From Eledone cirrhosa (Eukaryota): 64,000 bases of DNA. This document shows, in pieces, positions 39,862-53,366 of this stretch. Position numbers and translations under genes: made by a program. The notes beneath the pieces are model-generated. The model did not search any database. It was not told the origin of the DNA and saw nothing but the letters and a program-made list of their open reading frames with translations. The stretch is from assembly GCA_964016885.1 (NCBI GenBank), contig OZ024744.1:106764001-106828000 (forward strand). The letters are read 5' to 3'. Positions within the stretch are counted from its first letter, which is position 1; every line of letters begins with the position of its first letter.

Positions 39862-40680
39862 TGTGACAAAGGTTGTATCTCAGTACTGTGACAGAGGTTG
39901 TATCTCAGTATTGTGACAGAGGTTGTATCTCAGTACTGTGACAGAGATGTATCTCAGTATTGTGACATAGGTTATATCACAGTACTGTGACAGAGGTTGT
40001 ATCTCAGTATTGTGACAGAGGTTGTATCTCAGTACTGTGAGAGATTGTATCTCAGCATTGTGACAGGTTTATCACAGTAATGTGACATAGGTTGTATCAC
40101 AGTACTGTGACGAGGTTGTCTCTCTGGTGTGACACAGGTTGTCACAGTACTGTGACAGAGGTTGTATCTCTACTGTGACATAGGTTGTATCAGAGTAGTG
40201 ACATAGTTGTTTAACAGTACTGTGACAGAGGTATCACAGTACTGTGACAGAGATTGTATATCAGTATTGTGACAGGTTGTATCTCAGTACTGTGACAGAG
40301 GTAACACAGTACTGTGAGAGGTTGTATCTCAGTACTATGACATAGGTTGTACCACAGTAGTGTGACAGGTTGTATCTCAGTACTGTGACAGAGGTTGTAT
40401 CTCAGCATTGTGACAGAGGTTGTATCACAGTAGTGACATAGGTTGTACCTCAGTATTGTGACAGAAGTTGTATCTCTACTGTGACATAGGTTGTATCAGA
40501 TAACTGTGACAGAGGTTGTATCACAGTACTCACAGAGATTGTATCTCAGTATTGAGACAGGTTGTATCACAGTACTGTGACAGAGGGTGTATCACAGTAC
40601 GGTGACAGAGGTATCACAGAAGTGCGACAGAGATTGTATCACAGTACTGTGACAGAGGTTGTATCACAGTACTGTGACAT
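39862..40680. repeat. Degenerate 25-bp minisatellite (GAGGTTGTATCT/ACAGTACTGTGACA), about 33 copies
   Basis: GGTTG recurs at 39871, 39896, 39921 and onwards; many units carry the palindrome TCACAGTACTGTGA. Confidence 0.92.
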
Positions 40681-40845
40681 CTTATTTTAGAGGAAAAATA
40701 AATGAAAACAATAATAAAACAAAACTAAAAATCAACTGAAGTATTGTGAAACATTTATTTAACGATAACATCAAACTACTTTACATGATCACAGATAGTA
40801 TCTGAGACATAGAGGGGTAGGGGTGGGGGGCACCCAGTTAATGAT

Positions 40846-41463
40846 AATAAATAATAATAATAACAATAATTGTTTCTACTTTTGGCACAAGGCCAGCAAT
40901 TATCCCAGTACATTACTGGTACTTTATTTTATCAACCCCGTAAGGATGAAAGGCAAAGTTAACCTCAGCCGGATTTGAGCTCAGAACGTAAAGGGCCATA
41001 ACTCCATGCCACAAAGTATGGCGTCCGACCCTCTACCCATACTGCCAAACCACCCGCCCTATAGTGACAATAATAATTAATAATAATTGTTTCTACTTTT
41101 TGGCACAAGGCCAGTAATTACCCAGTGCATTACTGGTACTTTATTTTATCGACCCCGTAAGGATAAAAGGCAAAGTTAACCTCGGCAGGATTTGAATGGC
41201 AAGGGCCGTAACTCTATGCATCAAAGCATGGCGTCTGACCCTCTACCGATACTGGTTTCTAATTTGGGCAAAAGGCCAACAATTGTTTGAGTGGGCAGAG
41301 TGCAAAGCTGATTAAATCAACCCCAGTACTTGACCGGTATTTTATTTTCTCCACTTCATGTAGGCTGAAAGGCAAAGTTGACGTCGACAGAATGTAAAGA
41401 GCTGGACCAAATATTGTGAAGTCTTTTCTCCAATGCTCTACCGATTCTGCCAGTCCACTTCCT
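40846..41463 (-). mobile_element. Cluster of three head-to-tail tRNA-derived SINEs with a MetaSINE-like central domain and (ATT)n tails
   Basis: Family consensus on the sense strand has box A TGGCAGTATCGG, box B GAGTTCAAATCC and GCCTTTCATCCTTACGGGGTCGATAAAATAAAGTACCAG; more than 10 copies occur in the window. Confidence 0.85.
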
Positions 41464-42831
41464 TTCAATAATAATAATGATGATTTCATTCTGTATTTAT
41501 TAATAATAATATTAATAAGAATGGTTTCTAATTGTCTATATTATGGGGAGAGAGGGAGAGTATTTACAGGCTTAATAAATGAAATATCTAGCAAATAATT
41601 TACAATATTTTATATAGGAGTGGAGTTTGTTTTAATTTATATATTCTTTCTTCTTAAATAGAGATCCAGTCACCCACCCAAATTATTCATCAACTCTGCA
41701 AGACAATCATCAGCATCATCATTTAATGTCCATTTTCCATGCTTGCAGGGTTTAAATGGGTTGTCACATTATGAGACAAGTCAAGCCCAGTGACCATGTC
41801 TTGCTCATATGGAACAGTATTTTGGCTTTGTTTCTACGTCTGGATGCCTTTCCTAACACCAACCACATTACAATGTGGACTGGTGCTTTTTATTGTGTCA
41901 CCAACACAACCACTTTACAAGGTTGACTAGGTGCTTTTGTTGTTATGGCACCTGTTAGCCAACTGTTAGCAATATTCTTTTAAAATATAACATTTTTTTT
42001 ATTATTTTTATTTTACATTTTAATAATAATTTACTTCCAATTCATTTGAATTGAATTTTTAAATGCAATTTGAAATGTGTATGTCCCAACATAAAAAACT
42101 ATAACAATAATTGATCACTAAAAATAATAGTTGAGCAAATTGGGTAAATTACCTGTAGAGATGTAAAAAGGTGTGAATGAGGCGTACCACTCATTAGATG
42201 CTGGACTTTAACCACTATGCAAGAACCACCCTCTATGTTTTCCACCTCCAGGAATACTTTAGCCAATTTTCTAAATTATTATTTATAGTCATCATTTATG
42301 TTGGAATGCACTCATTTCAAAATTCACCAATGTTTCTTAAGTCAATCAGAAACTCACAAATTTTCTTTTTCAATTTGGAAGGGATGGGGTTGGGGGGTTA
42401 TAGTTATAAATTTATTTTATTTTTTTATAATTTAAAAATTTAGACACTTATAAAGTGATAAAACAAACAAATAAATAAAATAAATAAATAAAATAATATA
42501 AAATCAAGGAAAGAATGGAATAATTTAAGATTAAAATCAACTTGGAGAAGACCGTATCGAAAACAATTTCTTGAGAAGAAGGAGGAGGAGGAGGAGGAAA
42601 TTTGCTGCGTGTTAAATATTTGTTGTTTTCTGAAAATGTCAGAGGAAGAGGTTGACCTTACGATAAAATATACCGATGACGATGAAGAGATATATAATCA
42701 ATAATATTGAACAAATGATGAATTGGTTTCATTTAATATTGTTTGTTTTTCTTGATAGGTCAGTGAAGTTGTTGGAGGACAATTGAAGAGAGGGTCTCAC
42801 CAAGTTAACTGATTTCCAACGGAAAAACTGA

Positions 42832-43165
42832 TTTTATCGACCCAAGAAGGATTGAAGGCAAAGCTAACCTCGGTGGGATCTGAACTCAGAACGTAAAGGG
42901 CCGCAGCTCCATTCTACGAAGCAGGGTTTCTGACGCTCTACTGATTACCGCCAATTCACCACCCTAATAATAATAATTGTTTCTACTTTTGGCACAAGGC
43001 CAGCAATTATCCCAGTGCATTACTGGTACTTTATTTTATCGACCCCTGTAAGGATGAAAGGCAAAGTCAACCTCGGCGCGATTTGAACTCAGATCGTAAA
43101 GGGACGTAACTATGCTGGAAAGCATGGCGTCCGACCCTCTACCGATACTGCCAATCCACCACCCT
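42832..43165 (-). mobile_element. Two tandem copies of the same SINE family
   Basis: Same motifs as 40846-41463, followed by (AAT)n at 43167-43214. Confidence 0.85.
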
Positions 43166-43214
<49 letters not shown>

Positions 43215-43296
43215 TCTTTGGTAGATTATAAAAATAAATAAACATATGAATTAATTAATGACATATTTGGTCCATAATCTAAATGAATCCTAAAAT

Positions 43297-43302
43297 TTTA
43301 TT
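43297..43302 (-). promoter_or_regulatory. Candidate NEURL4 polyadenylation signal (alternative AATAAA at 43910-43915)
   Basis: AATAAA on the minus strand at the end of a unique-sequence block about 1.7 kb past the stop codon, followed by T-rich sequence. No transcript evidence. Confidence 0.3.
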
Positions 43303-44100
43303 CTTTAAAGAGGTGAATAACAGAATTAGAATCGGTGGAGCATCACATAAAATACTGTGTGTGGTATTTAAGCTGCATCGTGAGAGGTTTCCTTTATATT
43401 CCAGTGGATGGCTAACATTTGGATGTTGTAGAGCCCCAGGATGAACTGTAATGAAGGACACAGTGTCACATAAGTAGTTAATAGATCTGCTGGTTCATAT
43501 AATTCCATGTTTCTGCTCTACCATAACTGAGGACGAAACTGTGCAGCTGTTAATCATGAGATGGAGTGCATCTTGGGATGCTGCAGGTCCAGTCTGTACA
43601 TATAGCAGTGAGAGCAGTAGTGGTGACAAGAACAGAAGTGGACAACATGGACATGGACATGGTTACAGAGTGTGACAGTTGCTGGTCTTCCGGTGAACCT
43701 TCCATTACAATGCTGGAGGATAATGAGGATCTTGCAGTGTCTGTGTTATTTATAAGTGTTGTGTAAGTGAGTGGAAGAGAGAGGAGAGAGTTAGGGTACT
43801 GCAGTAATAATGTGTCTGGAGTGATTCTACCAGCAACGACTGTAATACTGGAAATTTGTTGCATGTCCTCACATAGTCTTCAGGTATTTGTGTATTGTGT
43901 GCTTTATAGTTTATTGTGTAAAGAATGGGGATCCAGGCACATCTGGCATTGTCTATGATAGATCTAATATATTGTTTCTACCCCATTGTTGTTGTTGTTG
44001 TTGACCAAATATGGTATCAAGTCTGGTGGAGCCAGGTTTCTATGTGATTCGTGTAGAATTGAATTTGTTTTGCAGTTGTCTGTAGAAAGGTCAGATGTAC

Positions 44101-44625
44101 GGTGTTGTGTGTGGTGTTATGTATTGTGTTGTGTTTGTGTGTGGTGTTATGTATTGTGTTGTGTTTGTGTGTGGTGTTATGTATTGTGTTGTGTTTGTGT
44201 GTGGTGTTATGTGTTGTGTTTGTGTGTGGTGTTATGTGTTGTGTTGTGTTTGTGTGTGGTGTTATGTATTGTGTTGTGTTTGTGTGTGGTGTTATGTGTT
44301 GTGTTTGTGTGTGGTATTATGTGTTGTGTTTGTGTGTGGTGTTATGTGTTGTGTTGTGTTTGTGTGTGGTGTTATGTATTGTGTTGTGTTTGTGTGTGGT
44401 GTTATGTGTTGTGTTTGTGTGTGGTGTTATGTGTTGTGTTGTGTATGTGGTGTTATGTTGTGTGTGGTGTTCTGTTATCTGTATGTTGTGTGGTGTTCTG
44501 TTATCTCTATGTAGTGTTGTGTTGTGTATGAGGTGTTGTGTTGTGTTGTGTTGTGTGTATGGTGTTGTATGGTGGTGTTGTGTGAGGTGAGGTGAGGTGA
44601 GGTGTGGTGGGTATGGTGTTGTGTG
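44101..44625. repeat. GT-rich minisatellite (25/30-bp units, GTGTTGTGTTTGTGTGTGGTGTTATGTATT)
   Basis: Directly visible tandem units. Confidence 0.9.
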
Positions 44626-45031
44626 TATGTTTCGAAAATATGTTGAAAAGTCGTATAGTATATGTCAAAAAACGTGGCTGACAGGACGGATCCTTGTTGT
44701 ATCTCATTCGGGAAAATTCTGAATTCTACATGTTTTGTATTTGTATAAAAGACAAGCTTAAAAACCTGAGGAGTAATTTGTTAGAGTAGTTTATGTGGAT
44801 TTGAGAATCAAGTTAAATCAAGGTTTGTTAATGTTGATGGTGGCTCTATATTTTTGGTTGTCTTTCATTACAGATATCGTGTATCATATGTGTGAGAGGT
44901 GACCTGATAATTGGGATTTTTTGCAAATATATTAAGTAGTTGGGATTTTCTTCTTCTCCCGGTAACTCCTTCTCACGAGAGCTCCTTCTTCTCACGAGAG
45001 CTCCTTCTTCTCTATACATACAAAGTCGAAC

Positions 45032-45236
45032 CTATTCAACTTTAATTAAAAGTGATGCAAGCATGATTGATCCTCTCTCCTTGGTACTCCATTCAATTTC
45101 ATTATTGCTGAACCTCGGGTCAAACTGTTCATTGGATCCTATTGATGAGGGGCCAACTTTGTAAGACGATGGTTTAACCCAAACCTGGAATGCTACTTGT
45201 GCTTGATGACATTTTTTGGTTTTAGGATCTGTGAAT
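45032..45236 (-). CDS. NEURL4: Neuralized-like protein 4, last coding exon (C-terminal ART/PARP-like domain end)
   Basis: Acceptor TTTTTTTTATTTCCAG, phase 2. Translates FTDPKTKKCHQAQVAFQVWVKPSSYKVGPSSIGSNEQFDPRFSNNEIEWSTKERGSIMLASLLIKVE*, matching the human NEURL4 C-terminus as I recall it (FRDPK..HQAQVAFQVCVRPGSY..DPHFS..ELEWVTKEKGATLLCALLVRVE*). Confidence 0.93.
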
Positions 45237-45351
45237 CTGGAAATAAAAAAAAGAATATATCATCATCCCCATCATCACCGCAACCACTTCCACAACAACC
45301 ACCATCACTGCCCCCCGCCACCACAACCACTGTCACACCCCCACCACCACA

Positions 45352-45561
45352 TTGTCCCAGTGAGGTGTCTCTATACTATAGTTAAGACCTACATGACTTG
45401 TGTATTGTCCCAGTGAGGTGTCTCTATAGTTAAGACCTAAATGACTTGTGTATTGTCCTAGTGAGGTGTCTCTATAGTTAAGACTTACATGACTTGTGTA
45501 TTGTCCCAGTGAGGTGTCTCTATAGTTAAGACCTACATGACTTGTGTATTGTCCCAGTGAG
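45352..45561. repeat. 48-bp tandem repeat, about 4 copies
   Basis: TTGTCCCAGTGAGGTGTCTCTATAGTTAAGACCTACATGACTTGTGTA recurs at 45405, 45453, 45501 and 45549. Confidence 0.9.
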
Positions 45562-45634
45562 ATGTGGGTTACTTACTGAAAGCATCTAAAACAGCTGAAA
45601 CACATTCATCAGCAGCAGTTTTATTGAATCATGT

Positions 45635-46704
45635 GTCTACACTAGAGGTTGTATGTGATGTTGAGGTCTACACTAGAGGTTGTATGTGATGTTGAGGTCT
45701 ACACTAGAGGTTGTGTGTGATGTTGAGGTCTACACTAGAGGTTGTATGTGATGTTGAGGTCTACACTAGAGGTTGTATGTGATGTTGAGGTCTACACTAG
45801 AGGTTGTATGTGATGTTGAGGTCTACACTAGAGGTTTACACTAGAGGTTGTATATGATGTTGAGGTCTACACTAGAGGTTGTATGTGATGTTGAGGTCTA
45901 CACTAGAGGTTGTATGTGATGTTGAGGTCTACACTAGAGGTTGTATGTGATGTTGAGGTCTACACTAGAGGTTGTGTGTGATGTTGAGGTCTACACTAGA
46001 GGTTGTGTGTGATGTTGAGGTCTACACTAGAGGTTGTATGTGATGTTGAGGTCTACACTAGAGGTTGTATGTGATGTTGAGGTCTACACTAGAGGTTGTA
46101 TGTGATGTTGAGGTCTACACTAGAGGTTGTATGTGATGTTGAGGTCTACACTAGAGGTTGTGTGTGATGTTGAGGTCTACACTAGAGGTTGTGTGTGATG
46201 TTGAGGTCTACACTAGAGGTTGTATGTGATGTTGAGGTCTACACTAGAGGTTGTGTGTGATGTTGAGGTCTACACTAGAGGTTGTATGTGATGTTGAGGT
46301 CTACACTAGAGGTTGTATGTGATGTTGAGGTCTACACTAGAGGTTGTATGTGATGTTGAGGTCTACACTAGAGGTTGTATGTGATGTTGAGGTCTACACT
46401 AGAGGTTGTATGTGATGTTGAGGTCTACACTAGAGGTTGTATGTGATGTTGAGGTCTACACTAGAGGTTGTGTGTGATGTTGAGGTCTACACTAGAGGTT
46501 GTGTGTGATGTTGAGGTCTACACTAGAGGTTGTATGTGATGTTGAGGTCTACACTAGAGGTTGTATGTGATGTTGAGGTCTACACTAGAGGTTGTATGTG
46601 ATGTTGAGGTCTACACTAGAGGTTGTGTGTGATGTTGAGGTCTACACTAGAGGTTGTATGTGATGTTGAGGTTTACACTAGAGGTTGTATGTAATGTTGA
46701 GGTC
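45635..46704. repeat. Highly homogeneous 31-bp minisatellite (CTACACTAGAGGTTGTATGTGATGTTGAGGT), about 34 copies
   Basis: Period 31 read directly; essentially a single A/G variant site. Confidence 0.96.
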
Positions 46705-46975
46705 CTTGAAAGAAGTCATTTTTAGAGCAGATTATCTCAACACCATCTCTGATGGGTGGGACATGTGGTGAGAAGGGAGGACTGAGCTGAGGAATGGCAA
46801 ATGTCCACCTCTTAAACCTAACATGAGGTTCAAGGACTGTGTGACAACATCTTTGATGAAAACTGGCATCTCCAATAGAGACTGGGAACAAGTTGCCAAT
46901 GACCGAATTCAGTGGAGGGAAGCTGTATATGAAGCGAAAGTACACTTTGAAATGATGGCCCAAAGAAAATATGAA
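46685..46975 (+). mobile_element. RTE-clade LINE 3' ORF fragment
   Basis: Translation CNVEVLERS..WVGHVVRRED..ELRNGKCPPLKPNMRFKDCVTTSLMKTGISNRDWEQVANDRIQWREAVYEA matches RTE/BovB-type C-terminal motifs. Confidence 0.75.
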
Positions 46976-47056
46976 GGGGATGTGAGGAAGGTTTGAAAAT
47001 CAAACTGCCAGGAAGTGTGGGAGAAATATAGAAATAAGAATTGTGCAAATGACTAA

Positions 47057-47911
47057 AAATAATAATAAAAATTGTTCCTACTTTTGGCACAAGGCCAGCA
47101 AGTACCCCAGTGCATTACTGGTACTTTACAACCCCGTAAGGATCAAAGACAAAGTTAACCTTGGCGGGAAGTTAATAATTGTGTCTACTTTTGGCACAAG
47201 GCCAGCAAGTACCCCAGTGCATTACTGGTACTTTAGAACCCCCGTAAGGATGAAAAGCAAAGTTAACCTTGGCGGGAAGTTAATAATTGTGTCTACTTTT
47301 GGCACAAGGCCAGCAAGTACCCCAGTGCATTACTGGTACTTTACAACACAGTAAGGATGAAAGGCAAAGTTAACCTCAACGGGATTTGAACTCAGACCAT
47401 AAAGGGCCGTAACTCTATGCTGCAAAGCATGGCGTCAGACCCTCTACCAATACTGCCAATCCACCGGGAGGTTAATAATAATAATGATTTCTACTATAGG
47501 CACAAGGCCAGCAATTTGTGGGGAGGGGAAAGTCAATTAAATTGACCCCAGTGCGTTATTAGTACTTTATTTTACCGACTCCATGAGGATAAAAGGCAAA
47601 GCTAACCTCGGCAGGATTTAAAACCCAGAACGTAAAGGGCCATAACTCTATACTGAAAAGCATATTGCCCAACTCTCTACGGATACTGCCAATCCACCGC
47701 CCTTTAATAATAATAATAATAATAATTGTTTCTACTTTAGGCACAAGGCCAGCAATTACCCAGTGCATTACTGGTACTTTATTTTATCGACCCCGTAAGG
47801 ATGAAAGGCAAAGTCAACCTCGGCGGGATTTGAACTCAGATCGTAAAGGGACGTAACTATGCTGGAAAGCATGGCGTCTGACCCTCTACCGATACTGCCA
47901 ATCCACCGCCC
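47057..47911 (-). mobile_element. SINE cluster: three SINE heads, the first with its 3' ~122 bp tandemly triplicated
   Basis: CTACTTTTGGCACAAGGCCAGCAAGTACCCCAGTGCATTACTGG recurs three times within 47075-47340, followed by two more full copies. Confidence 0.85.
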
Positions 47912-47933
47912 TACATAATAATAATAATAATAA

Positions 47934-48450
47934 CACATTCTGAGAAGTGGTATGAGCATAAGCCAGAGGCGGTGATAGAAAACGATCAGGTGAAGGTGCT
48001 GTGGGATTTTAGGATACAGACGGACAAGAAACTGGAACACAATAGACCTGACCTGGTGGTTTTGGACAAGGAAAAAAGATCGTGCCTGATTGTGGATGTG
48101 GCCTGCCCATTCGACACGAGAGTGCAAGAGAAGGAGAGGGAGAAAATTAATCGATACCAGGACTTAAAGTGGGAGGTAAAAAGGATTTGGAACTGCCATG
48201 AAGTCAAAGTGGTCACGATTGTCATAGGCGCACTAGGTACTATCTCAAAAAGTTTGCAAGGATGGTTAAAGAAAATTGGCCTCTTCACGCTTTTTGGAAC
48301 GCTTCAAAAGGCATGCTTGCTGGGAACAGCAAGAACCCTCCGATACGTCCTGAATATCTGAGGCTGCAGGTAGTGGCTTGATATTCATTTCAACAAACTT
48401 TCCAGTTAACTAACATCAATGACTGAGACTCAAAGAATAATAATAATAAT
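47934..48450 (+). mobile_element. 5'-truncated Dong/R4-clade non-LTR retrotransposon (restriction-like endonuclease domain and 3' UTR) inserted in (TAA)n
   Basis: Uninterrupted ORF to 48361: KWYEHKPEAVIEND..LWDFRIQTD..HNRPDLVV..IVDVACPFD..EKINRYQDL..IVIGALG..LQKACLLGTAR, with the PD-(D/E)xK RLE signature. (AAT)n on both flanks. Confidence 0.9.
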
Positions 48451-48749
48451 AAAAAGTTTGTTTTCCAGATATTTTTTTGTTTGTAAAATAGTGTTGTTAT
48501 TATGGGATGTATTTGTAAATAGAAGACAGAACTATCTGGCCATTTGTCAAAGGAGAAGCTTTACAACATAAACTTATATAATACAAAAGACCAGGAAGTA
48601 TTCCATTTATTCTTTTACTGGTTTAGTCATTAGACTGTGGCCATACTGGGGCACTGGCTTGAAGAGATTTATTCAATCATATCAACCTCAGGATATATTT
48701 TTTCAAAACTCTTTTTACAAAATGCTAACATAAACACGGTAAATATAAA

Positions 48750-51700
48750 GACACACATACATACATCATATACACACCTACATACACCATATATACACAT
48801 AAATACACCATATACACACATACATACACCATATATACACATACAGACACCATATACACACATACATACACCATATATACACATACATACACCATATACA
48901 CACATACATACACAATATACACACATACACACACCATATACACATACATACATCATTTACACACATACATACACCATATACACACATACATACACCATAT
49001 ATACACACATACATACACAATATATACACACACATACATACACAATATATACACATACATACACCATATATACACACACACCATATACACCATACATACA
49101 CAATATATACACATACATACACCATATACACACATACATACATACACCATATACACACACACACATACATACACCATATACACACACACACATACATACA
49201 CCATATACACACACATATCACACACATACATACACCTTATATACACACATACATACACCACATGCACACATACATGTATATACTCACACATACATTATAT
49301 ACATGTATATACTTACCACACAAACACATGAACATATATACTCATACATACATGCACCACATATATACAGACACATACATACTGGCACATACACATATAT
49401 ACTCACCATACATACACATATATACACACCACACACACACACATATATACTCACCATACACATAAATACTCACCATACATACACATATATACTCACCATA
49501 CACATATATACTCACCATACACACACATATACACTCACCATACATACACATATATACTCACCATAGATACACATATATACTCACCATACACACACATATA
49601 TACTCACCATACACATAAATACGCACCATACACATAAATACTCACCATACATACATATATACTCACCATACACACACATATATACTCACCATACATACAC
49701 ATATATACTCACCATACACACACATATACACTCACCATACACACATATATACTCACCATACACTCACCATACACACACATATATACTCACCATACATACA
49801 CATATACACTCACCATACATACACATATATACTCACCATACATACACATATATACTCACCACACTCGCACACATATATACACACTATACATACACATAAA
49901 TACTCACCATACACACACATATATACACATACATACATCATTTTCACACATACATACACCATATACACACATACATACACCATATATACACACATACATA
50001 CACAATATATACACACACATACATACACAATATATACACAATATATACACATACATACACCATATATACACACACACCATATACACACATACATACACCA
50101 TATATACACACATACATACACAATATATACACATACATACACCATATACACACATACATACATACACCATATACACACACACACACATACATACACCATA
50201 TACACACACACATACATACACCTTATATACACACATACATACACCACATGCACACATACATGTATATACTCACACATACATTATATACATGTATATACTT
50301 ACCACACAAACACATGCACATATATACTCATACATACATGCACCACATATATACAGACACATACATACTGGCACATACACATATATACTCACCATACACA
50401 CACATATATACACACCATACATACACATATATACTCACCATACACACACATATATACTCACCATACATACACATATATACTCACCATACACATAAATACT
50501 CACCATACATACACATATATACTCACCATACATACACATATATACTCACCATACATACACATATATACCCACCATACACATAAATACTCACCATACATAC
50601 ACATATATACACACCACACACACACATATATACTCACCATACATACACATATACACTCACCATACATACACATATATACTCACCATACATACACATATAT
50701 ACTCACCACACTCGCACACATATATACACACAATACATACACATAAATACTCACCATACACACACATATATACACATACATACATCATTTACACACATAC
50801 ATACACCATATACACACATACATACACCATATATACACACATACATACACAATATATACACACACATACATACACAATATATACACATACATACACCATA
50901 TATACACACACACCATATACACACATACATACACCATATATACACACATACATACACAATATATACACATACATACACCATATACACACATACATACATA
51001 CACCATATACACACACACACACATACATACACCATATACACACACATACATACACCTTATATACACACATACATACACCACATGCACACATACATGTATA
51101 TACTCACACATACATTATATACATGTATATACTTACCACACAAACACATGCACATATATACTCATACATACATGCACCACATATATACAGACACATACAT
51201 ACTGGCACATACACATATATACTCACCATACACACACATATATACACACCATACATACACATATATACTCACCATACACACACATATATACTCACCATAC
51301 ATACACATATATACTCACCATACACATAAATACTCACCATACATACACATATATACTCACCATACATACACATATATACTCACCATACATACACATATAT
51401 ACCCACCATACACATAAATACTCACCATACATACACATATATACACACCACACACACACATATATACTCACCATACATACACATATACACTCACCATACA
51501 TACACATATATACTCACCATACATACACATATATACTCACCACACTCGCACACATATATACACACAATACATACACATAAATACTCACCATACACACACA
51601 TATATACACATACATACATCATTTACACACATACATACACCATATACACACATACATACACCATATATACACACATACATACACAATATATACACACACA

Positions 51701-53366
51701 TACATACACAATATATACACATACATACACCATATATACACACACACCATATACACACATACATACACCATATATACACACATACATACACAATATATAC
51801 ACATACATACACCATATACACACATACATACATACACCATATACACACACACACACATACATACACCATATACACACACATACATACACCTTATATACAC
51901 ACATACATACACCACATGCACACATACATGTATATACTCACACATACATTATATACATGTATATACTTACCACACAAACACATGCACATATATACTCATA
52001 CATACATGCACCACATATATACAGACACATACATACTGGCACATACACATATATACTCACCATACACACACATATATACACACCATACATACACATATAT
52101 ACTCACCATACACACACATATATACTCACCATACATACACATATATACTCACCATACACATAAATACTCACCATACATACACATATATACTCACCATACA
52201 TACACATATATACTCACCATACATACACATATATACTCACCATACATACACATATATACCCACCATACACATAAATACTCACCATACATACACATATATA
52301 CACACCACACACACACATATATACTCACCATACACATAAATACTCACCATACATACACATATATACTCACCATACACATAAATACTCACCATACACACAC
52401 ATATATACTCACCATACATACACATATATACTCACCATACATACACATATATACTCACCATACATACACATATATACTCACCATACACACACATATACAC
52501 TCACCATACATACACATATATACTCACCATAGATACACATATATACTCACCATACACACACATATATACTCACCATACATACACATATACACTCACCATA
52601 CATACACATATACACTCACCATACACACACATATATACTCACCATACATACACATATATACTCACCATACACACACATATATACTCACCATACACACATA
52701 TATACTCACCATACATACACATATATACACACCATATATACACATATATACTCACCACACTCGCACACATATATACACACCATACACACACATATACACT
52801 CACCATACACACACATATATACTCACCATACACACACATATATACACACCATATATACACATATATACTCACCACACTCACACACATATATACTCACCAT
52901 ACACACACATATATACTCACCATACACACACATATATACACACCATACATACACATATATACTCACCATACACACACATATATACTCACCATAGATACAC
53001 ATATATACACACCATACATACACATATATACTCACCATAGATACACATATATACACACCATACATACACATATATACTCACCATACACACACATATATAC
53101 TCACCATACACACCATACATACACATATATACACACCATACATACACATATATACTCACCATACACACACATATATACTCACCATACACACACATATATA
53201 CTCACCATACACACACATATATACTCACATACACACACATATATACTCACCATAGATACACATATATACACACCATACATACACATATATACTCACCATA
53301 CATACACATATATACTCACCATACACACACATATATACTCACCATACATACACATATATACTCACA
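48750..53366. repeat. CA/TA-rich complex microsatellite array with an 834-bp higher-order repeat
   Basis: Identical ORF translations at 50248, 51082 and 51916 (spacing 834), with a related copy at 49262. Confidence 0.95.

Noticed and set aside
40141-40156. RAG/Transib RSS-like heptamers (CACAGTA/G) in the 25-bp array
   Set aside because: No nonamer at 12/23 spacing and no transposase nearby; explained by the palindromic monomer.
43550-43864. 104-aa minus-strand ORF and overlapping short ORFs
   Set aside because: No recognisable homology; probably NEURL4 3' UTR or intergenic sequence.
43986-53195. Cys/Val-rich and His/Thr/Tyr-rich ORFs (43986-44590, 48637-53195)
   Set aside because: They are translations of GT/CA/TA microsatellites.
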